A stretch of 32,000 nt of DNA from Pseudoalteromonas translucida KMM 520 (GCF_001465295.1 NZ_CP011034.1:1290001-1322000); one strand, 5' to 3'. Positions 1-8,666 are shown, counted from the stretch's first letter. A program made the numbers and translations. Notes: generated by a model not told the origin, from the sequence alone.

Positions 1-25
1 CTCACGCGGAGAAGGAGAAAGCCTA

Positions 26-550
26 ATGCTAGTCCTGATGGAGATATGGGAATCTATCAGGGATTTTGTTGGCACAGGCGGCCAGGTATTATACGTGGTC
101 GCGATAGCACTCTTTCTGATGTGGGTTTTAATGATTGAGCGCTATTGGTTCTTACTTGCAGAGTTTCCGCGTTTATCGCAAGAAATTATTGCAAAGTGGG
201 ATGCCCGCCAAGACACTACGTCTTGGTACGCACACAGAATCCGTGAAGCATGGATTTCTGAAGCGTCTGAAAAATTAGATCAGCGTATGTTGTTGATTAA
301 AACATTAGTAGCTGTTTGTCCTTTAATAGGTTTGTTAGGTACTGTTACTGGTATGATTTCGGTTTTCGAAACCATGGCTAGTCAAGGTACTGGTAATGCA
401 CGATTAATGGCATCAGGTATTTCAATGGCAACAATCCCAACAATGGCTGGAATGGTTGCGGCACTATCTGGAGTGTTTTTTAGCTCACGTCTTGAGACAA
501 AAGCTAAAATGGTGAAAGCCAAACTTGTAGATAACATGCCTCATCACTAG
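26..550 (+). CDS. exbB: MotA/TolQ/ExbB-family proton-channel subunit (ExbB of a TonB system)
   Basis: 174-aa ORF with hydrophobic helices and the family-typical segment CPLIGLLGTVTGMISVF. It is directly followed by exbD and tonB with 0-15 nt spacing. Confidence 0.85.
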   Translation: MLVLMEIWESIRDFVGTGGQVLYVVAIALFLMWVLMIERYWFLLAEFPRLSQEIIAKWDARQDTTSWYAHRIREAWISEASEKLDQRMLLIKTLVAVCPLIGLLGTVTGMISVFETMASQGTGNARLMASGISMATIPTMAGMVAALSGVFFSSRLETKAKMVKAKLVDNMPHH

Positions 551-564
551 AGAGAGAATTAAAT

Positions 565-969
565 ATGGCACGTAAACAACGTTTTCGTGAAGAAGAAGAA
601 GCAGCGGTCGATATGACGCCGATGCTTGACATCGTATTTATCATGCTTATTTTCTTTATCGTAACTACATCGTTCGTTAAAGAGGCTGGTATCGAGGTCA
701 ATAAACCAAAAGCTGCCCAAGCTACTAAGCAAAAAAATGCTAACATTTTTATTGCTATACGTAGTAACGGCGAAATCTGGGTTGATAAACAACAAATTGA
801 TGTTGAACGTATTTCAGCAAAAATTGAAAGTTTATTAGCAGAACAACCTACCGAAGTTGTGATTATACAAGCTGATAAAGAAGCTAAGCACGGCACGGTA
901 GTTAAAGTGATGGACCAGATTAAAGCGACGGGTGATAACCTAAGAATTTCAATCGCTGGAGATCAGTAA
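565..969 (+). CDS. exbD: ExbD/TolR-family biopolymer transport protein
   Basis: 134 aa. The N-terminal DMTPMLDIVFIMLIFFIV single TM helix and a periplasmic domain are typical of ExbD/TolR. The stop overlaps the tonB start (TAATG). Confidence 0.85.
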   Translation: MARKQRFREEEEAAVDMTPMLDIVFIMLIFFIVTTSFVKEAGIEVNKPKAAQATKQKNANIFIAIRSNGEIWVDKQQIDVERISAKIESLLAEQPTEVVIIQADKEAKHGTVVKVMDQIKATGDNLRISIAGDQ

Positions 970-1586
970 TGATTCGTTTTCTGTTTTCACTGATTGCAGG
1001 TGGGGCAGTTACTTTCGGCTTGTTCTACTTCATGGCATTCCTCATCTCTGGTGGGGCTGACCGTAATACTGAACAAAAAGAGCAGATCATAGTCGAAATA
1101 ATGACGAATCCGCCTGAATCTAAGGTGCAGGAAAGAAGGCGTGTACCGCCTCCTCCTCCTCCACCGCCAAAGCAGCCGCCTAAACCGCAGCCGCCACAGC
1201 CGGAAAATAACAACCCTAATCCTGGTGGATTGTCATTTAATATGCCAAGCATCGATGTGGGAAGTACGGCAGGTGGACTAAGTGGTCCGGGTGCATTTGG
1301 ACGAGATGGTGATGCGACACCTATCGTTCGTATTGAACCAAAATATCCAACGCAAGCAGCACGTGATGGTAGAGAAGGTTGGGTTCAACTTTCGTTCACT
1401 ATCGATGAGTTAGGTGGCGTGGTTGACGTTGATGTAATTGACGCTGACCCAAAACGTGTCTTTGACCGTGAAGCTAAACGTGCATTGCGCAAGTGGAAAT
1501 ACCGTCCTAAAATTATTGACGGTAAACCACAAAGACAAGTTGGTTTACAAGTTCAATTAGACTTTAAACTTAACCAAGGCAACTAA
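969..1586 (+). CDS. tonB: TonB energy transducer
   Basis: N-terminal TM anchor, a proline-rich spacer (RRVPPPPPPPPKQPPKPQPPQPE) and a C-terminal TonB domain (EPKYPTQAARDGREGWVQLSFTI...ALRKWKYRP). Confidence 0.85.
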   Translation: MIRFLFSLIAGGAVTFGLFYFMAFLISGGADRNTEQKEQIIVEIMTNPPESKVQERRRVPPPPPPPPKQPPKPQPPQPENNNPNPGGLSFNMPSIDVGSTAGGLSGPGAFGRDGDATPIVRIEPKYPTQAARDGREGWVQLSFTIDELGGVVDVDVIDADPKRVFDREAKRALRKWKYRPKIIDGKPQRQVGLQVQLDFKLNQGN

Positions 1587-1597
1587 GGAGGCGAGTA

Positions 1598-2857
1598 ATG
1601 AGAAATTTATCTAAAGTAACTGCTCTTGCAATTCTTATGTCTGTGTCGGGTGCAGCTTTGACTGCACCTGTTTTAGCGGCGCCAAATTACGCAAAAATTG
1701 AAGAGCGTAAAAAAGCAAAAACTAAAATCATGGGCGAGCGTACTGGTAAAAAGGTAATTAAAGCGTTTGACTTGTATAATGAAGATGATGTTGATGGTGC
1801 ACTTGCTTTGCTTAAAGAGTTAGATCCGTCTAACGATTTTGATAAAGCAACTGTAAATCGTTACTTAGGTAGTATGTATGCTCAAAAAGAGCAATACAAA
1901 ACAGCCATTAAGTATATGAAAGCAGCTATTGCACCAGATGTATTAAACTTTGCCGATCAAGCACAAGGTTTAAAAACCTTAGGTGACATGTATGCAGGTA
2001 CTGAGCAATATAGTGCTGCAAAAAAAGCCTACGCTGATTGGATGGACTTTACAGGTGAAGAAGATCCGAAAGTTTATACTCGTATTGCGCAAGCAAGTTA
2101 CGAACTTAAACAGTTTAAGGATGTTATAGAACCTGCTGATAAAGCGATTAAGCTTGAAAAAGAGCCTACAAAAGCTCCTTATCAACTTAAGTTAGCTTCA
2201 TATTTTGAACAAAAACAGTATCAAAATATGGTTCAAGTTGCAGAAGAAATCGTTCGTGTATGGCCAGATGATAAAAAATCTTGGGTAGGCTTAGGTAAGT
2301 ATTACTTACAAACTGAAGACTACAAAAAAGGCCTTGCAACTATGGAAGTTGCATACAAAAACGGTTACTTTGAGAACGAAGTTGAATACAAAGTACTAGC
2401 TAACTTTTATTCTTTAAACGAAATACCTTATAAAGCGGCATTAACGCTTGAAAAAGGCGTTAAAGAAGAAAAAGTACAACGCACTAAGCAAAATATCAGT
2501 GCAATTGCTAGTAACTATCATCGTTCAAAAGATATTGAAAAAGCCGCTAAGTATTACGAAGAAGCTGCAAAATTTGATAACGATGCTGAGCTTTATCGCA
2601 AAGCCGGTTCGTTACTTTTACAATCTGAAAACTTTAGCGCAGCAGTTGTTCGTTTGAACAAAGCACTAGAGTTAGGCTCTGATAAAAAGGGCACTATTTA
2701 TTCAGATTTAGCTGAAGCGTACTACTACCAAGCTAAGTATAAGCAAGCACATGCTGCAATTACTAAAGCTATGGATGACCCTCGCACACGTAAGTTTGCA
2801 AAAGGTTGGGCTACATATATTAAAGATAAAGCCGCTCGCAACGGTGTTAAAATTTAA
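1598..2857 (+). CDS. Secreted TPR-repeat protein, TtpD-like accessory gene of TonB2-type clusters
   Basis: Strong SD (AAGGAGG), a signal peptide (ALTAPVLAAP) and repeated Y/A/K-rich TPR-like helices. The position right after tonB matches Vibrio-type TonB2 clusters. The family name is inference. Confidence 0.65.
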   Translation: MRNLSKVTALAILMSVSGAALTAPVLAAPNYAKIEERKKAKTKIMGERTGKKVIKAFDLYNEDDVDGALALLKELDPSNDFDKATVNRYLGSMYAQKEQYKTAIKYMKAAIAPDVLNFADQAQGLKTLGDMYAGTEQYSAAKKAYADWMDFTGEEDPKVYTRIAQASYELKQFKDVIEPADKAIKLEKEPTKAPYQLKLASYFEQKQYQNMVQVAEEIVRVWPDDKKSWVGLGKYYLQTEDYKKGLATMEVAYKNGYFENEVEYKVLANFYSLNEIPYKAALTLEKGVKEEKVQRTKQNISAIASNYHRSKDIEKAAKYYEEAAKFDNDAELYRKAGSLLLQSENFSAAVVRLNKALELGSDKKGTIYSDLAEAYYYQAKYKQAHAAITKAMDDPRTRKFAKGWATYIKDKAARNGVKI

Positions 2858-2882
2858 TTTTTAATGTATATTAGCAATTTTT

Positions 2883-2907
2883 AAAAAGCCCCTCTGGGGC
2901 TTTTTTT
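2883..2907 (+). terminator. Rho-independent terminator after the TonB cluster
   Basis: AAAAAGCCCC-TCT-GGGGCTTTTTTT: a GC stem, a 3-nt loop and a 7-T run. Confidence 0.75.
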
Positions 2908-2913
2908 ATTGGG

Positions 2914-3963
2914 ATGAACATGAACAAAACGCTTATTTTTTCATTTTTACTGTGTCTATTTTTGACCTCTTGCTCTAAGCAACCACAACCGTACACATCA
3001 TTCGATGAAGCGCAGCATGCATTAAAATCGCTTAACCTAGCTTTATACCAGCCAGAAAATAGTAAACACACAGAGCTGCGTAGTGAGCAATTGCCTTTTA
3101 CAGATGCGTATTTACAAAAGCGCCACGTTATTTATCAAAGCTTAATGCAAATGCAACTAACTAAGCCGCAAACTGAGCAGGTTAATTATCTTGTTATTGC
3201 AGAGCGTTTTCCTGAGCGTTACTTTGCCTGGCCAGCACATACAAATGTTTTAGTTAATTTGCTTAACTTAGCAAGTTCACAGAGTGACTATCAGAATATA
3301 AGTAATTGGCTTGAATTTGTGCAGCTACAACTAGAAAGTGCGCAGTTAAGTAATTTAAAGTTAAATAAAATTGAGCACAGCTTAATAAAAAATTATGTGC
3401 TTAGTGCACTTAACGATAAAAACATGCCAAATAGCTTATTAGCTCAACTTAATATTTTAAAAGATTATTTAGCGCAATATAGTCCAAGAGGAAGTGTAGG
3501 GCTATACGGTTTAGCTAATGGCAGTGAGTGGTATCAAAGTAAGTTAAACTATTTTAGTGGTGTAGTGCACTCTCCGCTTGAGTGGCTTACTATTATAAAT
3601 GAGCAGCTAAAAGAAGAGGAAAAAAAGCCAGTTAATCAGGAGGTGAGCCAAATTTATCCGAACTCATTTTTGGTGCAATTTACTAATGGCAATAAAGAAG
3701 TGCCAGGTTTAGATTGGTTGTCGGGGTTTAGAGACTTACCCGCTATAGCTGAAAATCAATCACTTTTAGCGCAGCAAAAAACGCTAATGTTAGCAATGAT
3801 GGAAACTGATGTAGGGCTGCATATTCATGCGTGGACCTTGCCTCAGGCTAAGGTTAACTTAGTAAAGCGCTTAAATATTAGCGAAATAAATGCAACAAGG
3901 TTAGTTAAAGATATAGTGCTTTACCCTGGGCAAGCGTTTAGCTTTGCTCAGCAATTACTTTAA
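2914..3963 (+). CDS. Lipoprotein of unknown function (C-terminus reminiscent of DUF885)
   Basis: Lipobox LFLTSC after a hydrophobic leader. The C-terminal ...LYPGQAFSFA resembles the PGQA motif of DUF885 proteins, but the ORF is much shorter than that family. The alternative start ATG 2920 is equally possible. Confidence 0.5.
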   Translation: MNMNKTLIFSFLLCLFLTSCSKQPQPYTSFDEAQHALKSLNLALYQPENSKHTELRSEQLPFTDAYLQKRHVIYQSLMQMQLTKPQTEQVNYLVIAERFPERYFAWPAHTNVLVNLLNLASSQSDYQNISNWLEFVQLQLESAQLSNLKLNKIEHSLIKNYVLSALNDKNMPNSLLAQLNILKDYLAQYSPRGSVGLYGLANGSEWYQSKLNYFSGVVHSPLEWLTIINEQLKEEEKKPVNQEVSQIYPNSFLVQFTNGNKEVPGLDWLSGFRDLPAIAENQSLLAQQKTLMLAMMETDVGLHIHAWTLPQAKVNLVKRLNISEINATRLVKDIVLYPGQAFSFAQQLL

Positions 3964-3997
3964 CTGCCCCTGTGACTTAACCTTGCCCAATGTGCGC

Positions 3998-4324
3998 TTA
4001 TTTAGCGCACTGTTCACAGCGTTGTGTAGCTGGATCTAATTCGAGTAAAGCTGTTGTTATAGGCTCTTCACAATCACAGCAATAACCGTACTGACCTATC
4101 TCAATTTGACTCACAGCAGCCTCTAAAGTAGTCATTCGTTGAATATACTCACCGTATTCGGGGCCGAGCTTTTGCGCTGCCAAGTCGAGCCACTCTGCAT
4201 TGACTGTTCGCGTTAATAAAGATAATAAATGCTGGTGAGATAGATGCGCTGATTGAGAAAGTAAGTTTAATATTGTTAATTTTACTTCCTCTATTTCATT
4301 AATTAACCTTTGCTGATGTTGCAT
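3998..4324 (-). CDS. DksA/TraR-family C4 zinc-finger protein
   Basis: The C-terminal CCDCEEPI...(x)...CEQCAK four-Cys finger follows a coiled-coil-like N-terminus. ATG 4324 has an AAGGGG SD 9 nt upstream. The ORF track's longer start (4351) has none. Confidence 0.7.
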   Translation of the reverse strand: MQHQQRLINEIEEVKLTILNLLSQSAHLSHQHLLSLLTRTVNAEWLDLAAQKLGPEYGEYIQRMTTLEAAVSQIEIGQYGYCCDCEEPITTALLELDPATQRCEQCAK

Positions 4325-4384
4325 CGCGTATAACCCCTTTATAATTAGCATTGAGCAATAGGGGTATTATCTAGGTAGATTTAC

Positions 4385-5365
4385 TTACGCGTTATGATTT
4401 GCATCAAACTGTGGCGCTTTGGCATACTTACTTAGTACCTCTGCGACATCTTCTTTGGCCTTTAATCGGCGGATTTCGTCAAATAATGTTATTGCTTGTG
4501 GGTACTGACGTTTTAAGTAACCTAGCCACTGCTTAGTGCGCGATGCAAAGTACTTTTCATCTTTAGCGGGATCATGATGAATAGCAGAATTTATTAAATG
4601 ATAAAGAATATGCTCCCACTCGAGCCCTACATAAGGTTCATTATCTATATTCGCTTTAATTTTTTTTGCTAAATCGGGATGAGATAACGCACCACGACCA
4701 AGCATTAAGTCGGTACAACCACTGCGTTTTTGGCACAACATAGCATCATCTACTTGCCATATTTCGCCATTAGCTACAACCGCAATATTTTTATTTTTAA
4801 TTAAAGGTGGGATCTTTTCCCAATAAGCAGGTGGGTTATAGCCATCACGTTTAGTGCGAGCATGAATTGCAATACTGCTTGCACCAGCGCTGACAACAGC
4901 ATCTACTATTTCTTGGCTGTTACTGTCATCATCAAAACCAAGACGAATTTTTGCACTCACTTGATGTTTGCTATCAACGGCGTCTCTTACCGCTTTAATT
5001 ATTTCATACATGTGCTCGGGATCTTTAAGTAGTACAGCTCCGCCTTTACTTTTATTGACAGTTTTTGCTGGGCAGCCAAAATTGAGATCTATGCCGTGAG
5101 AGCCCAAACTAATTGCTTTAACTGCATTTTCTGCAAGCGCACCTGCGACTTGACCTAATAACTGAATGCGTACCGGTGTACCAGCACTAGTGAGGCCATT
5201 ATTGTTAAGTTCAGGACAGTAACGATAAAAAACTTTATCAGGTAAACAAGCATCAACAACACGCACAAACTCAGTCACACATAAGTCAAAACCACCTATA
5301 TTGGTAAGAAGTTGGCGCATTTTGAAGTCAACAACACCTTCCATCGGTGCTAAAACAAGTTTCAT
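4385..5365 (-). CDS. dusC: tRNA-dihydrouridine synthase C
   Basis: The ORF is collinear with E. coli DusC as I recall it: MKLVLAPMEGVVD...LCVTEFVRVV...VRIQLLG...DLNFGCPAKTVNKSKGGAVLLKDPE...IHARTK...VANGEIW...MLGRGAL. Confidence 0.85.
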   Translation of the reverse strand: MKLVLAPMEGVVDFKMRQLLTNIGGFDLCVTEFVRVVDACLPDKVFYRYCPELNNNGLTSAGTPVRIQLLGQVAGALAENAVKAISLGSHGIDLNFGCPAKTVNKSKGGAVLLKDPEHMYEIIKAVRDAVDSKHQVSAKIRLGFDDDSNSQEIVDAVVSAGASSIAIHARTKRDGYNPPAYWEKIPPLIKNKNIAVVANGEIWQVDDAMLCQKRSGCTDLMLGRGALSHPDLAKKIKANIDNEPYVGLEWEHILYHLINSAIHHDPAKDEKYFASRTKQWLGYLKRQYPQAITLFDEIRRLKAKEDVAEVLSKYAKAPQFDANHNA

Positions 5366-5582
5366 AGAGAGATTAATTATGGCTAAATAAAGGGATGTGT
5401 AGTGTAACCGTTAATCATAAATTGATAAATCCGTAATTACCGCGCATAGTTACTTTAGCCAAAAAGTTTACAAATAATTAAAATAAAATGAAATTTTTTA
5501 TTTTTATACAGGTCTACTTAAATACATACTCGTATTTTCCAATTCTTTGGTTATACAATCTTATTAAAAAGAGAGTCATATA

Positions 5583-6017
5583 ATGAATACAATCAAAAAA
5601 AGTTCAATCGCGTTAACACTAGGTGCAGTTGTTGTTGGCTCTGCAAGCTTTGTATCAGTGGATGTGCAAGCAAATCCTTTTGAGTTTCAACAAATGGTTA
5701 CCGGCTATCAAATAGATGCTACCGAAGGTAAGTGTGGCGAAGGTAAATGTGGCGGCGAAGCAAAAGCTAAAAAAGAAGGCAAATGTGGCGAAGCTAAATG
5801 CGGTGCAGATGCAAAAGCTAAAAAAGAAGGCAAATGTGGCGAAGCTAAATGTGGTGCAGATGCCAAAGCTAAAAAAGAAGGCAAATGCGGCGAAGCTAAA
5901 TGTGGTGCAGATGCCAAAGCTAAAAAAGAAGGTAAATGTGGCGAAGCTAAAAGTGGCGCAGATGCAAAAGCCAAAAAAGAAGGCAAGTGCGGTGAAGGTA
6001 AGTGTGGCGGTCATTAA
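5583..6017 (+). CDS. Secreted Cys-repeat RiPP precursor (HvfA-like, EGKCG-repeat metallophore precursor)
   Basis: A signal peptide (…SVDVQA/NP) is followed by 11 Cys, every one in a KCG context. These are arranged as (AKAKKEGKCGEAKCGAD)n. DUF692 and DUF2063 genes lie directly downstream. Confidence 0.8.
   Translation: MNTIKKSSIALTLGAVVVGSASFVSVDVQANPFEFQQMVTGYQIDATEGKCGEGKCGGEAKAKKEGKCGEAKCGADAKAKKEGKCGEAKCGADAKAKKEGKCGEAKCGADAKAKKEGKCGEAKSGADAKAKKEGKCGEGKCGGH
5760..6014 (+). repeat. Five in-frame 51-bp tandem repeats inside the precursor gene
   Basis: Units start at 5760, 5811, 5862, 5913 and 5964, each encoding AKAKKEGKCGEAKCGAD. The copies differ by a few synonymous changes. Unit 4 has TGT/TGC replaced by AGT (Cys to Ser). 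Unit 5 ends GEGKCGGH. Confidence 0.9.
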
Positions 6018-6072
6018 ATTTTATTAAAGTAGAATACTTCAGGTTAAATACTTTAATACCATATAGAATAAA

Positions 6073-6091
6073 GGGCCGGTTGGCCCTTTTT
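6073..6091 (+). terminator. Intrinsic terminator / attenuator hairpin between precursor and maturase genes
   Basis: GGGCC-GGTT-GGCCC followed by TTTTT, 56 nt after the precursor stop and 14 nt before the DUF692 start. Confidence 0.5.
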
Positions 6092-6104
6092 GTTGGGAGT
6101 GGTT

Positions 6105-6962
6105 ATGACACAAATTATAAATACTGACTTAGGTATGGTGGGTTTAGGCTTACGTAGAGAAATGCTTGACGAGTTACTAGTGCATGTACCTAAACAAGTC
6201 GATTTTATGGAAGTTGCTCCAGAAAATTGGCTAAAATTAGGCGGGCGTTTTAAAAAACAATTTAAAGCATTAACCAGTGCTAATAGTTTTGCTTGTCATG
6301 GCTTATCGCTTTCAATTGGCTCAACTGCGCCAATTGATATTGAATTTGTAAAATCACTAAAAATGTTTTTTGATGAACATGATATAAAAATTTACAGCGA
6401 GCACTTAAGTTACTGCTCTGGCACAGGGCATATGTACGATTTAATGCCGATTCCGTTTACTTTAGAAGCGATTGCTCATGTAGTGCCGCGTATCAAACAA
6501 GTACAAGACATATTAGGGCGCCAAATTGCCATAGAAAATGTGTCTTATTACGCAGCCCCTGGGCAGCAAATGTCAGAGCTGGCGTTTACTAATGCTATTT
6601 TAGAGCAAGCTGATTGTAAGCTGTTACTCGATGTGAATAATATTTATGTGAACTCAGTAAACCATGGTTATGACGCAGAAGCCTTTTTAACCGGATTACC
6701 GACACAGCGTATTGCTTACGGCCATGTAGCTGGGCATTACAATGAAGCCGATGATCTAATTGTAGATACCCATGGTGCAGATGTAATTGACCCAGTTTGG
6801 CAGTTACTCGATAAAGCGTACCAAACTCATGGTGTATTTTCGACGCTGCTCGAGCGAGATTTTAATATACCGACCGTTAATGTATTAACCAAAGAGCTAG
6901 ATATTATTCATAACCTGCAAGCAAAATACCTTGATAAATCACTAATCAAGCAGCGAGCTTAA
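6105..6962 (+). CDS. DUF692 / MNIO-family (MbnB/HvfB-like) RiPP-modifying iron enzyme
   Basis: TIM-barrel-like DUF692 hallmarks: GLGLRRE...VDFMEVAPENW...HGLSLSIGS...YSEHLSY...IENVSYY...LLDVNNIYVNSVNHG...GHVAGH...DTHG. I prefer ATG 6105, which has a GGGAG SD, over the TTG 6090 in the ORF track. Confidence 0.85.
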   Translation: MTQIINTDLGMVGLGLRREMLDELLVHVPKQVDFMEVAPENWLKLGGRFKKQFKALTSANSFACHGLSLSIGSTAPIDIEFVKSLKMFFDEHDIKIYSEHLSYCSGTGHMYDLMPIPFTLEAIAHVVPRIKQVQDILGRQIAIENVSYYAAPGQQMSELAFTNAILEQADCKLLLDVNNIYVNSVNHGYDAEAFLTGLPTQRIAYGHVAGHYNEADDLIVDTHGADVIDPVWQLLDKAYQTHGVFSTLLERDFNIPTVNVLTKELDIIHNLQAKYLDKSLIKQRA

Positions 6963-7005
6963 TAAGCATGTCTGAACCTAGAGTGCCTGCAAAAGGAGTA
7001 TTTAG

Positions 7006-7758
7006 ATGAGCTTTATTGAAATACAAAACGAATTCATGGCGCATATTCGCAAACCCAGCCAACATAAAAAGCCGCAAGGGATTGAAGATAGACGCATGGC
7101 GATTTACCGCGATTTATTTTTTAATAATATTGTTGGGTTTATTTCGTCAGGTTTTCCGGTGTTAAAAACCTTATACAGCGATAAACAATGGCAAATGCTT
7201 ATTCGCCGATTTTTTAGTGAATATGATTGTCACTCGCCGTATTTTTTAGATATAGCAGGGGAATTTATTAATTACTTATCAAGTGATTATGAAATGCAAA
7301 AATATGATCCGCCATTTATGCTCGAGCTTGCCCATTATGAATGGATTGAATTAGATGTAGCTATTACACAGCAGGCTGAAAATGAGCAACTCATAGGTTC
7401 TGATCAGGTTGCCTCTGCGCGTCTATATTTATCAAGTACTGCACGTAATTTAAGTTACCAATTTGCGGTGCAAACAATAAGTACGCAGTTTCAGCCGCAA
7501 CAGCCATCAGCACAGCCTAATTATTTTGTAGTATATCGCGATGGCGATGATGAAGTTCAATTTTTAGCAACTAATGCTATGACAGCCTTGTTATTATCGA
7601 TTATAAGTGAGCATGATGGTTTAATACTCGATACTATTTGCGAGCAAGTAACCCGCCATGCTGTGCAGTTTAGCGCTGCACAAATTGCCCAAGGCGCACT
7701 TGTTACTTTACGTGCTATGGCTCAGCTTGGGATTATAGTGACAAAAAATCAAGCTTAA
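7006..7758 (+). CDS. DUF2063-family partner protein (MbnC/HvfC-like peptide-modification chaperone)
   Basis: The N-terminal segment (FMAHIRKP...IYRDLFFNNIVGFISSGFPVLK...W..LIRRFF) is typical of DUF2063. The gene is invariably paired with DUF692 in such loci. Confidence 0.75.
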   Translation: MSFIEIQNEFMAHIRKPSQHKKPQGIEDRRMAIYRDLFFNNIVGFISSGFPVLKTLYSDKQWQMLIRRFFSEYDCHSPYFLDIAGEFINYLSSDYEMQKYDPPFMLELAHYEWIELDVAITQQAENEQLIGSDQVASARLYLSSTARNLSYQFAVQTISTQFQPQQPSAQPNYFVVYRDGDDEVQFLATNAMTALLLSIISEHDGLILDTICEQVTRHAVQFSAAQIAQGALVTLRAMAQLGIIVTKNQA

Positions 7759-7830
7759 GCTCTTTATAGATTATTTTACATCGTTTATTATGACGCCCTT
7801 ATGTGTCGTGCTTAATAAAAGGTTGTAACA

Positions 7831-7953
7831 ATGTCAGATGATAAAGAATTTAAAGATCCGTTCAATGCAGCGTACTTTTTTGGCTTCGTAGCTATATTTG
7901 TAGGTATTGGTTGCTTAAATGCAATTGTTGGCTGGTTTGCTGTGTTATCTTAA
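7831..7953 (+). CDS. Possible 40-aa single-TM micro-protein
   Basis: Found by manual translation: MSDDKEFKDPFNAAYFFGFVAIFVGIGCLNAIVGWFAVLS. It is below the ORF-track cutoff. It lies between the DUF2063 gene and a strong terminator. The SD is weak. Confidence 0.3.
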   Translation: MSDDKEFKDPFNAAYFFGFVAIFVGIGCLNAIVGWFAVLS

Positions 7954-7964
7954 TTATTTATCTC

Positions 7965-7995
7965 AAGGCTGTTGTTACCAACAGCCTTATTTTTT
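7965..7995 (+). terminator. Rho-independent terminator closing the RiPP operon
   Basis: AAGGCTGTTG-TTAC-CAACAGCCTT (a perfect 10-bp stem) followed by ATTTTTT. Confidence 0.75.
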
Positions 7996-8117
7996 AAAAC
8001 TTCCCCTCGCCTGAAACGGTTAAAACACCTTTTATAATAACGTCAAACTCGCAATCAAAGGTCACTTAAGGTTATAATCAGCTGCTTTGTAATATAAACC
8101 ATTGAGCAGTTAAAATT

Positions 8118-8663
8118 ATGACTCAAGTAACACCTGCAATTATCAAAAACAGCATAACTACGATTGCTGATTACCCTAAAGCGGGCATTATGTTTCGCGA
8201 TGTAACGACACTAATGGCAAACCCAGATGCATTTAAAGCGACTATCGATGCTTTTATTACTGCATATAAAGATCAGGGTTTTACCAAAATTATTGGTACT
8301 GAATCACGAGGCTTTATTTTTGGTGCACCCTTGTCTTATGCTTTGGGTATTCCATTTATTCCAGTGCGTAAGCCTGGCAAACTGCCGCGTGAAGTTGTTC
8401 GTCAAGACTACCTACTAGAATATGGCGAAGACACGTTAGAACTGCATGTAGATGCTATCGTTCCAGGTGATAAAGTATTGCTTGTTGATGACTTACTAGC
8501 AACCGGTGGTACTATTGAAGCAACCATTAAATTAGTGCAAAAATTAGGTGGCGAAGCCACTGATGCAGCATTTGTTGTTTCATTACCAGAGCTTGGTGGT
8601 GAAAAGCGTATCGAAAAAATGGGTATTAAAATCCTAAAATTGGTTGAATTCGAAGGCGAGTAA
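8118..8663 (+). CDS. apt: Adenine phosphoribosyltransferase
   Basis: Full-length match to the Apt pattern: [15 protein letters not shown]...[12 protein letters not shown]...[13 protein letters not shown]. It sits upstream of dnaX, as in E. coli. Confidence 0.95.
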   Translation: MTQVTPAIIKNSITTIADYPKAGIMFRDVTTLMANPDAFKATIDAFITAYKDQGFTKIIGTESRGFIFGAPLSYALGIPFIPVRKPGKLPREVVRQDYLLEYGEDTLELHVDAIVPGDKVLLVDDLLATGGTIEATIKLVQKLGGEATDAAFVVSLPELGGEKRIEKMGIKILKLVEFEGE

Positions 8664-8666
8664 TCG

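Noticed and set aside
504-896. Minus-strand ORFs over exbB/exbD (504-896, 559-795) and other shadows (1979-2185, 2448-2657, 2871-3071, 8227-8418, 9221-9403, 10247-10450, 11222-11530, 12883-13071, 13992-14840, 15349-15549, 16165-16347, 16586-16795, 18764-18949, 20464-20684, 21872-22066, 27177-27359)
   Set aside because: All lie inside, or antisense to, confidently identified genes and have no start signals.
1025-1252. Minus-strand ORF encoding a poly-Gly peptide
   Set aside because: It is the antisense shadow of the proline-rich (CCN) spacer of tonB.
5366-5582. Metal-responsive operator (Fur, Zur or CueR-type box) upstream of the RiPP precursor gene
   Set aside because: The region is very AT-rich, but I could not find a convincing dyad matching any of these consensus boxes by eye. 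I am leaving it uncalled rather than guessing.
5760-6014. Possible CRISPR array (regular short repeats)
   Set aside because: The units are directly abutting 51-bp copies with no unique spacers. They are in frame within a secreted-protein gene, and there are no cas genes.
5655-6027. Three extra long ORFs overlapping the Cys-repeat gene (5655-6014 minus, 5708-5986 minus, 5716-6027 plus)
   Set aside because: They are alternative-frame or antisense readings of the same 51-bp tandem repeat, which stays open in several frames. Only the 5583-6017 frame has a signal peptide, an SD-compatible start and the KCG motif expected next to DUF692/DUF2063.
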